The position numbers were made by a program, and so were the translations under genes. A DNA stretch of 63,299 nt, filler included, from Reticulomyxa filosa (Eukaryota > Protista > Foraminifera), in the NCBI GenBank assembly GCA_000512085.1. It is 21 parts of 21 records of this genome, joined end to end, with 100 filler letters (N's around TTAATTAATTAA, not from the genome) between each part and the next. Parts side by side here need not be neighbours in the genome. Positions count along the whole stretch, not along the records: positions 36,712 to 41,764 come from ASPP01019077.1; positions 41,865 to 43,848 come from ASPP01023707.1; positions 43,949 to 47,354 come from ASPP01023840.1; positions 47,455 to 52,938 come from ASPP01003350.1; 17 more parts are not named here. The stretch is one strand, 5' to 3'. Numbering within the stretch: the first letter of the stretch is position 1; every line of letters begins with the position of its first letter. Below are positions 38,663 through 48,424 of the stretch, piece by piece. The notes under the pieces were generated by a model that searched no databases, was not told the origin of the DNA, and saw nothing but the letters and a program-made list of their open reading frames with translations.

Positions 38663-40794
38663 GATCGAATTGATCCGATAATCGAAGAGTGCGATGAAGG
38701 ACTAGCATTGCTACCAGACATACAAGATATGGAATTGGAGAGTTTATGCAGTGATAACTTGCTCAGAGGACGATATTTTGCTTGTAAGTACGAAGAGATT
38801 TTCGACATAGTATTGACGAAGTTGCATATATTGACAAGTAAGTGTTTGTCCCATGAACACTTCTCTTCGGTCCATCAAAGAAACGAGACAACAGGCATGG
38901 AAGAGTCTTATCAATGCGTTGTCAAGTCCAATGTGTTTTGGTGCTTGTGGTCATCTGCTATGACAAACGTGTTCAAAAATATCAAAATTGAGTTTAACAA
39001 GGCCAGTATTGCTATCGAATTGCCGAAACAAGTGGCAATGAAAGCACAAATGCCATTAAGCTGCCACGTCATTTGCACGTATACATTTCTTTAAAAAATA
39101 AAAAATAATAATAAAAAAAATCCTTTATTAATGTCTATCAAAGATGATGCAAACACTTTTATCCATCTCTTTTGTTTGTTTGTTTTGCTTTTTTGTCTTT
39201 TCTCACATTTTGTTCGTCCTCCTCTTTGATTTCGTAAGTGCACATGATCTGAACATTCATTGCAACAAGGGACAATATGAATGTGCAAGCCCAGTGTTAC
39301 GAATACAATTACTTAAACTGCCATCACCTCCTAGAATGATGAGTACATGGAAAGTTCAAGTCATCACTCCGGATGTTGAAAGTGCTGAGGTGTGGGATTA
39401 TGGCCGAAAGTCTGAAGTCAACGAAAACGCACCCGAAGTTTAAAACATAACAATACTAAAAAAAAAAAAAAAGCCAATTGTTTTTAATGAAAACAAACAT
39501 CATCCCACATATTGACATGGCACTAGTTAGTGAATATCGTTTGGAAAGTCCCTTCCAGAGTGTTTGTTTCAGACAAAGTTGACCTGGGATGGTGGGATCA
39601 TAATACTAAAGAATGGAAAGTACAAGACTTTAAGGACATCAAGTATTATTGATACAATTTTTGAAAATCTATGCAAGATGTTTATTTTCTGCTCATTTTC
39701 AATTCTCAAACTATTTAAGAAAGGGAGCAAAACAAAAACTTTTTGCTTCACAAACTGGCAAGTCCAGGGAATTAAGCCTTTTTAAAAAAGAATCACCAAC
39801 CTTTCAAAGCGTAATTGTATTTGTTTGTCAAAATTATTTACAGATGGAATGAAAAGAGCCGCTCATTAGAATTTGTAACAGCACATTTGGCTCCATTGTG
39901 CATAGTGGCTCCAAGAGGCATGTTTTTTCAGCATAAAAAGTGGAGGCTGCTTCCAATTGAGACTGAGCGTTGTCAGCTGATATTGGAAGAAGAAAAGATT
40001 GAAATTACAATTGAAATTACACGTGATTCGGTGTGCCTAGTAGGCCCAGACATACCACCATTGAAACAATTACTAAAACGATCTATGAAACCTTATCAAC
40101 TGATTCGAGTTATCAAAAAAAAAAGAGTAAATGCTTTGTTGTATTCGTCTCTTATTCTTTTGTATGTTAATTCAACAACGACAGAATCTAAGGGAACATG
40201 GCATAAACATTTGCCCAAACGATGAGGATATTAGAATTTTAGCAATGACAAACAAAAGCAAGGAAATCCAAACTAGAGCGCATAGAGAAATCTCTACGTG
40301 CGCACTCTATCTTTTTTTTTTGTTTCCACACTTTCCAAGCATAATTGTCTTTAAATACTTAACAGAATTGTCTCACATTTTGAGCTTAGTCGCTCGAAAT
40401 GGAATAAAGAGGGAAAAACAAATGAAGTATTTTTTCAGCTACGCAACGTGTTACTGTCTTCTGAGAAAATGGATCCAGTTCCTAATGGAGAACAAAGCTG
40501 GAAATTAGTAATGATTAATGAAGAAAAGTGTATTTTAGTTGACTCTAATGAATCCTGTGACACTTTAAATACTGAAATTTTCAAAGCTGAAGTTAAAAAA
40601 AGCCTAACAAATGTATACTGTAGAAAATATCACAACCAATCAATAAACAAACTCAGCTCTCTCACACAACTCTACGACGATGTCTGTTAGCTCATTGGCT
40701 TAATGATCCCAAAACTGAGTTGAATTCAGCGCCGATTATGTTCCAACACACAATTGAACAGTGCTTGAACTTGTTAAAATTGTTCCATACTTAA
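37969..40794 (+). CDS. CASC1/DNAI7/IC97-like axonemal dynein-associated protein, multi-exon
   Basis: K/E-rich N-terminal coiled coil, WNKHLQC...ELNDFMSIW, CLWS, LLKLPSPP, KKWRLLP and REHGINICP follow the CASC1 family pattern. Confidence 0.75.
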
Positions 40795-41077
40795 AAAGCA
40801 CTAAATTTTTTGAAAAAAGTGTGCCTTCTTCGTCACATTTTGCTTGTCTTGATCATCTATTATATAAATTTTATAAACATTAGTGCCGTTGTACTTTGTC
40901 CAGCGCTTTGGAAAATAAAAACAAAAACTTGAAAAAATTTCAAATCTTTTGGAATGAAAATGGTGTATCTTGAAATTCTCTAATTTTGCCAAACATACGT
41001 TATGCACGTTGACAGAAAAAATATATCAGCAAATATTCAACTTTGTATTGATTTTCCCAAATTTTCGCTGCTTCGTT

Positions 41078-41168
41078 AAAACTCGGTTTCGCCCTTCCGC
41101 TGGGCTCTTCAGTACACTCCAGAAGTGTAGACCGGTTTCGCCCTCCATTGGGCTCATCAGTACTCTCA
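41078..41168 (-). ncRNA. Tandem, interleaved hammerhead ribozymes
   Basis: Minus strand: CUGAUGA-GCCC(AAUGGA)GGGC-GAAA-CCGGUC^-UACACU(UCUGG)AGUGUA-CUGAAGA-GCCC(AGCGGAA)GGGC-GAAA-CCGAGUU. Cores at 41160-41154 and 41112-41106; GUC cleavage site between 41130 and 41129. Confidence 0.9.
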
Positions 41169-41580
41169 GGACGGATGGAAAAGGGGATTAGCCTACATCA
41201 TCCTCTTGGGTAACCACTGTAGTAATTCCCAGCCATCCCCCAGTCTGCACCGGTGGTGCTATAGGGTTCGGTGGTTAACTGGGAAAGTCCGGTAACTTGT
41301 CTGCGCAAGGGCCGACCTCTCCTAGAGGCCGTCTGCATGCGGAGCAGAGGTTACGTCGACTACAGGGCTCCCAAGCCCCCATAGAGATGTCGTACCATGA
41401 GGGTCCCCGGCAGAGTAAAGGGTGGGGCTGCTCTATGAGCGCCAACGTCCTTCCCTCCCAGGACTTCCGCAGCCAGTCCTATCTATCCAGTAGTTAGGAC
41501 AGAAGGCCTATCGGCTCCCCTTCTTTCGCCGGTCCGGCTGCAGGCAGCGGGCATCTCCCTAAGAAAGAGCAGACCAGTCA
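41080..41580 (-). mobile_element. Non-autonomous, GC-rich, structured hammerhead-bearing insertion (retrozyme or Penelope pLTR-like)
   Basis: About 57-62% GC in two lines counted, against AT-rich flanks; many hairpins; ribozymes at one end; removing it rejoins a reading frame. Confidence 0.7.
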
Positions 41581-41924
41581 GTTTGCTTTTAACAAACTTC
41601 TTGCAAGGGATCAATGGCCTTGTCCTTGTCCATGACAGCGCTCAAACTGTCAGCCACTTTGTTGAAGCCTTGCTTCACTCCATTCCAGGCTGTTTCTACG
41701 GTGGCTCCGATCATTACGTACAATTTGTTTTCAACGCTGTAAGCCATCTTCGATTTCACTGAATNNNNNNNNNNNNNNNNNNNNNNNNNNNNNNNNNNNN
41801 NNNNNNNNTTAATTAATTAANNNNNNNNNNNNNNNNNNNNNNNNNNNNNNNNNNNNNNNNNNNNTTTTTTTTTTTTTTAAAAAATGTTATTATGACAACG
41901 TCAATATCCAAACAAACAAACAAA

Positions 41925-42115
41925 CAGAGATGCACGTTTGATCGAGTTTTTCGAAGAGCGAAATCTGCCGTCGCATGTTCGAGATAAGTTGACGAAACTT
42001 GACAGGGAAAAAAAAATTACAATGCTGGAAGAACATTCTGGCGGCAAACAACATTCTGAGGTTGAGCATATATGTACACATATACATATATATATATAAA
42101 ACATATATAAATATA

Positions 42116-42155
<40 letters not shown>

Positions 42156-43439
42156 TATATATGTTTATGTATAAAATATAAAATTAAAAAAAAGAAAAAA
42201 TTGAAACAAGACCCAAAAGAGTGGGCAATAAAGTTTGCAAGCGGAAATCACGTGACGGCAGCCACATTGCAGACATTTGCAATAGTGCTGCGAGACGAGT
42301 CGGCGTCGTTCGCAACGTTGTTCATCCGCGAGTTGGGACTGATGCATTTGTGTCGGCACGCGCGGAATTCCAACGACGCGGCCTTTATCCGAGAACTGTT
42401 GCAGGTGTTTAGGGCCTTGGTGGACTTGGACGGCATTATGGCCGAGATTATCAAAAGCAAGGAAGCCATTCCTGTCATTGTGGACAAGGTTCTTCTTCTT
42501 CTTCTTCTTCTTCTTTTTTGTCAATAATAACTCTTTTTTTTTTTCCAAACAAAAAAAAAAAGTTGGATATTAATGATTGCAAAACACGTGAAAACATAAT
42601 GAAATTGCTGGTAATGTTTGTCGGTGATGAAGGCGAGGAAGTTTGGATTGCATTCGAGAAGGTGTTCAAAGGTAAAAAAAAAAAAAAAAAAAGACATGAG
42701 TTTACAATAATAATAATAATAAATAATAAATAATAAATAATAACAATAATAATAATAAAGCGTTACGCGAACATGCCCGAAAATACGGAGAACGCAATCA
42801 TTGGAAACGTGTAGTACACTACCTGTCGACGAACGAGAGCATCCAAGGGTCGACGATCTACGACACGTGGATGGTGACGCTGGTGAATTATCTGCTGTCC
42901 GGACTAAACGAAGAAAGACGAATGGACGAAAGGCGACTGCTGGAGTCGTTGCAATTCAACAAACTGTTGACGAAATTGGAAGACCAAGTGCGCAACTCAT
43001 CATCTTTTTCTTCTTATCCTGCTCAGCCCAATCAACCCAATAATCAACCCAATAATCAACCCAATAATCAACCCAATCAACCCAATCACAATGACAAAAG
43101 CTTCACCTTAGCGTCGGCTACTGACCGTAACAATCTGCTTAAGCAAATCGAAGTGTACAGAGGCTTGGCTGCGGACGACGCCAAGGAAGGCTTTGTCGCC
43201 TCTCTCGACTTTGATGTCTCCGATCCCAAGCAACTGTTCAATCAGTTGCACGACCAGGCTTTGAAGGACGGTTTCATTAACGAGTTGACCAAAATCATGG
43301 TCAATCTCGTCGCTCTGCCGTCTGACGCGTTTAGAATTTTTTTTTTTTTTTTTTTTTTAAGGGGGGAGGGAGGGAGGGAGGAGAAAAGAAAAAAAAGTTC
43401 CATCTCCTCTTTGGCATTCTTAATGACATGTGTGTATGT

Positions 43440-43470
<31 letters not shown>

Positions 43471-43848
43471 TGGATCAAGTGATGACGTGTGGTGCAACGT
43501 CAGTCGCATTGTTGGTGTCGCCTGCCAACCCAGTCATTTGCAAACTTTTTCGAAAGCAGACAACAATAACAACAACAATAATGACGCTTGGCTCAAGGCT
43601 AAAAACGAATTCGAACTCGCCATTAAGAAATCCTCCAACATCAACAACAACAACGACAATCGCATCTACTACCCGCCATACAAATCTCTGAAGATTTTGC
43701 TCGACGTTCGCGACACGGACGCACAGCAGCTCCGCAAGAACCGCGAAAACCAGCGCGTGCAGCAGTTAGAGTTGTCGCTCATGCAAATGGAGCAAGAGAT
43801 GAAAAAGCTGCAAGATCAATTGGCTCTGCAAAACTCCATTGGTGTTGC
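41925..43848 (+). CDS. Diaphanous-related formin N-terminal region (GBD/FH3 plus coiled coil), truncated
   Basis: EERNLPSHVRDKL, SFATLFIRELGL, KTRENIMKLL, MVTLVNYLL...ERRLL..LQF and LLKQIEVY...DPKQLFNQL follow the Drf_GBD/Drf_FH3 pattern. Confidence 0.8.
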
Positions 43849-44094
43849 NNNNNNNNNNNNNNNNNNNNNNNNNNNNNNNNNNNNNNNNNNNNTTAATTAA
43901 TTAANNNNNNNNNNNNNNNNNNNNNNNNNNNNNNNNNNNNNNNNNNNNTCCCCTTTTCCGCTTTCGCAATGAAATGAATCGATTGCCTTGTTTTTTTTTT
44001 TTTTTTTTTTGTTGTGTTGTTTTCATTTTATTTTGTGCAATACCAAAAAAAAAAAAAAAAAAAAGGTAAGTCGATTCTATAAATAATAGAATAG

Positions 44095-44560
44095 GGTCAC
44101 CTCCAACTGTTCAATCGATGGGGTTTGCAATTCGTAGACTGTCGAGATATGTTCGTAACCGCCTGCCAGCTCAATGTTCAATATATTGTTTGTTGCATTC
44201 GAGTTTACCAATATTATACCCATCACGTCTCTTGTTTGTTTGTTTTTTTTTTTATGCAAAAAATTAAAAAGCTTCGACTGATATCACAACAAAAGTAATG
44301 TTTGCTCATTCAAAACCCAAACTGTTTTGATCCAAACAACAACTTTTGCTGAATCATCAATCGAAATGCATCCTTTGCTACGTCCAATCCTGTAAATCCA
44401 TCGTCCCGAATTTGTCCCATTGATCTCCCCACATCCAGTATTACAAAGCATGCTTCCTACATATTTTTGTTCGTTTCCTCGTTTTGCCAGTGTTCCGGAC
44501 GTGTTCTTCTTTGTTTTTTTTTTCCCCCCTTTTTTGATATGAATATCATACCTTTGCCAT
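44095..44560 (-). CDS. Possible PA (protease-associated) domain protein fragment
   Basis: IYRIGRSKGCISIDDSAK|...VMGIILVNS resembles the RG.C...K...GVIIVN pattern. Confidence 0.3.
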
Positions 44561-44972
44561 TCTTGATTCTCTTTCACTTGTTTTTTTGTAGTCTTTTTGA
44601 ACAATTATAGCATAAACCAAAAAAAGCAAGTTTCCTAAACACTCACATCAAACCAACAGGTAACCCCCTTTCAAAAAATAATTTTTTTTGAAATGATTTT
44701 GTTTCAATCTTTTTTTTACTTTTTATCTGCAGAAAAAATAAAATCTCCCTTTCTGCGTGAGTTAGAACAATTTGTGTAAATTTTCATCGAGTATTCGCAA
44801 ACTTAAATTAAACAACACCCAGTACTTCAGTTTTGACAAAGACAAAGATATCATTTCTTGTACTTTATTTTCTTGCACAGAGAAAATATTGTAATGTCTG
44901 ACTTCACAATTTTTTTTTTTTTGAGAAATCGACAAAAAAAACAAAAGTCGTCTTGTTACCTTTCAATACATA

Positions 44973-45733
44973 ATGCAAGCCCGAATAAAAAAGGAATTAG
45001 ATGACTTTCAGAAAAAGAAGAAAGATGGTTCAGGAGTAGAAGCAGAAATAGTGGGAAAAGACATGCAGCATTGGATTGGACGTTTGACAGGCCCCAAGGA
45101 TACGCCTTACGAAGGTGGAATTTTTACAATCGATATTCAAATTTCAGACCAATATCCGTTTTCGCCTCCCAAATGTACCTTCAACACACGAGTTTGGCAC
45201 CCGAATGTGTCATCTCAAACCGGAGCAATATGTTTGGACATATTGAAAGACCAATGGTCACCGGCAATGACAATAAGGACAGTGTTGTTATCCTTGCAAG
45301 CACTTCTGTGTGCACCAGAGCCAGATGACCCTCAAGTAAGCACTGCACTTTTCATTGCAACAAAAAAAAGGGGGAGGTTCTTTGATTAAATAAGCCTTTG
45401 TTTAGTCACTAGTCAAACTTGAAAATGGAATGTTTGGAATATACATATACATATATATATATATACATATATACATATACATATATACATATACATATAA
45501 TGAACCAATAGGATGCTCAAGTAGCGAAGCAATACAAATCCAACCCAAAGGAGTTTGCAAAGCAAGCAGCAGAGTGGACCAAAGAATACGCGAAGGAGCC
45601 TTTAAAGGTAGATGAGCAAGAATCAAAAATTAAGAAAGTCATGGAATTGGGTATCAAAAGAGACCATGCTCGAGCTGAGCTTGTCAAGCATGGCTGGGAT
45701 GTTGATGCTGCTACTAATTCCATTCTGGGATAA
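44973..45733 (+). CDS. UBE2K: Ubiquitin-conjugating enzyme E2 with C-terminal UBA domain (UBE2K/Ubc1/UBC27)
   Basis: WHPNVSSQTGAICLDILKDQWSPA; intron 45336-45511; exon 2 DAQVAKQY...KVMELGI...HGWDVDAATNSILG (UBA). Confidence 0.95.
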
Positions 45734-46082
45734 CTCATCTTTTATTGCAAATTTTACAATGTCTTTTTTTTTTATTTTACTTTTGTTTGGTGGTCCTCAT
45801 TTTTCTTATCGTCGTCAGAACAACTCCGGCCCTTCTATCATTTTAAAGTTCTTGCCCTCTTCATCCTTTTTTTTTCTCCCTTCAAAGGAAGAGAGGAAAA
45901 CTTTGCAAGTCAGTTCCGTTTCTAATGGGATTAAAGACGTTTTAATTGCAAATATGAAAGAAAAGATAATAACACAGCCAGTCAACAAACTAAAAGAGAA
46001 AAAAAAAACTCAAAACCGGAGGGGGGAACAAGACATTAAAAAAAAAAAAAGAACTTTGCAAGCTGTTGGCATTTTGCTAAAG

Positions 46083-47332
46083 ATGATGACACTCCCAAAG
46101 CAGAGTTCAGGTGAACGTGTTTCTCAACTTCTTGGTGAGGCAATTCGACGAGGGACCTTGCATGAAGAAATGATTGACAGAGAGAAAGAGAAGCAGCAAA
46201 ACTTGAACAAGGAGCTTTGCGAAGCATGTCAAAAGAACGACCGAGAGAAAGTGATCGAGTTGATCAAGGACGGTGCCGATTTGGACTGTGTTGTGTCCGG
46301 TGTACTGAGTGAACAAATTCCAATCTTCATATGTATAGGTTACTATTTTCATCATTTTTTTTTTTTTTTTTAAAAAATAGACAAACATGCCCCTCCCCCC
46401 CTCCCCCCTCGTCTCCCTCCTTTTTATCGGAACTGTGAACTTTCTCACATATACATACACACACTTACAAAGTTCAAAAAAAAAACAAAAAAAAACGGAT
46501 ACACACACGACGAAACAGAAAACGAAAACATGGAAATGCTAGAGCTGATATTGGACAAGGGAGCACCGGTATCGCAGAAGCAAATCTTCGATGGTAGCAC
46601 CCCTTTGCACATTGCTTGCGGAGCAAATAAGAAAAACGTTGTGAAGCTGTTGCTCGTCAGAGGCGCAGATATCAATTCCAAGACAAAAATTGGACGAACC
46701 CCATTAATGGAAGCTGTGTGCATGAGTGAAGTGAAACCCAACATTCCAATGTGTCCACCCATACATACACACATACACATATGTGTATATACGTCTTTTT
46801 TTTTTTTACATTTTTATTAGCATTGTTTGTGCATATATATGTATATGTATATATACATGTATATATGGATACTACTTTTTTTATTCTCGTTACCCCGTTT
46901 TTTTTTTTTTTTTTTTTATGTTGAAATGATCCGATAGACCACACGGAAATAGTAGACATGCTGCTAGCTTGTCCGAAAATAGCATTGGATGAAACGGATA
47001 ACGAACGCAAGACCTGCCTTGGATATGCCCTTGACAACTTCAATGCCGAGAATTTGACAAGCTATAAAGTGGCGAAGCGCTTGATCGAGGCGGGAGCTCC
47101 TGTCAACAGCTCGGGCAGGAGGCCCGAAGGAGTCACTATGCTCCATTGCGCTGCGAGCATCGGAGATTTGGAATGGGTCCAATTCTTGATCGAAACGCAC
47201 GAAGTATGGGTCGAAGTGAGGGACCAAAATGGCTTGCTTCCCTTAGATTATGCTGAAAGTCATCACCACAAAGATGTCGTCGAGTTTCTCAAACGCCACT
47301 CCAAAAAGTCATACCGTTTTTTATGTTGTTAA
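46083..47332 (+). CDS. Ankyrin-repeat protein ending in FLCC (possible lipidation site)
   Basis: GSTPLHIAC, GRTPLMEA, GVTMLHCAA and GLLPLDYA repeats over three exons. Confidence 0.9.
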
Positions 47333-47454
47333 TCTATTTTTTTTTTTTTTTTTTNNNNNNNNNNNNNNNNNNNNNNNNNNNNNNNNNNNNNNNNNNNNTT
47401 AATTAATTAANNNNNNNNNNNNNNNNNNNNNNNNNNNNNNNNNNNNNNNNNNNN

Positions 47455-47870
47455 AAAACCATTTTCGTTTAATGGATCGTCGACACATGATGGAACTGTG
47501 TTGCAGCGTGGTGTTAATGATGAACATTGAGCGAAAATTTCCACTGCGCATTTGACGCATAGGTCGTAGCCTTTATTGTGACATTGAATATCTGGGGCGA
47601 TTGAACAATGATACACCGCATCGTGGTTATCTAAATGTGCTTCGCAGTTATCACACGATGCACTAGTGATAGATGAACTGCTATATGCAGCTTTGACTGT
47701 TGTGTACAACTGGAGACTGGACACTTCAAAGTTAAGAGGTGCGAAGACTCCATTGATTTCAATGGTCAATAAAACAAACCAAGTTGATGCTAGTGATCAT
47801 GACCGAAAAAGAAAACTTGCAGTAGCACTTGCGATGTGCGAAAGCCACTTTTGGCTGCGGTTATCGAAAC
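47455..47870 (-). CDS. ZZ-type zinc-finger protein fragment
   Basis: CDNC...VYHC.....H.KGYDLCVKC. Confidence 0.6.
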
Positions 47871-48424
47871 ATTAAAAAAATTTTATTTTTTTTTTTACAA
47901 ACTTTGTTGTGTCATTTATGACACAACATAATACAATATTTGTTGGATCATTACAACGACCCAATACGGCGCCCACCATCTAAAAGCAGCCAAAATTGTC
48001 CAACATTCCGTCCATCCATATGTATTATTTGATGGAGCCAGGTAGAATATGCGGCCATATAAATTGTTCGATTTGCCATCTGGCACTACGGGCTATCTCC
48101 ACCACGAATAATCTATGTTTGATATGGCCAAGTATCCAACATAGATCGATGCTGCATCTAGCACCATACAAAATACCAACGACAATATATTATATAATAT
48201 TTGCACCTTGTTGCAGCACCATTCACTAGTTTGATATAGACCACATCCCATCTCAACGTATCTTAAAATCTGTTGTTTTTGAAATTATATCGGCTGTCAA
48301 TAATATCTTGTAGGGAAGACAGTAGCGTGATAAAAACAAAGAGTGATTTTCACATCTCAATTGTCACAGAACAAGAAAAAGCATAAACCGCTTTTTTATT
48401 GAAAGGAATTTTCTCTAATGCATA

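Noticed and set aside
41297-41497. 66-aa plus-strand ORF inside the GC-rich element
   Set aside because: TTG start, no recognisable motif, and expected by chance at this GC content
47940-48260. Minus-strand hydrophobic frame with an internal TAG, as evidence of stop-codon reassignment
   Set aside because: Conserved genes in the window end at standard stops and their exons lack in-frame stops; a pseudogene or error is simpler
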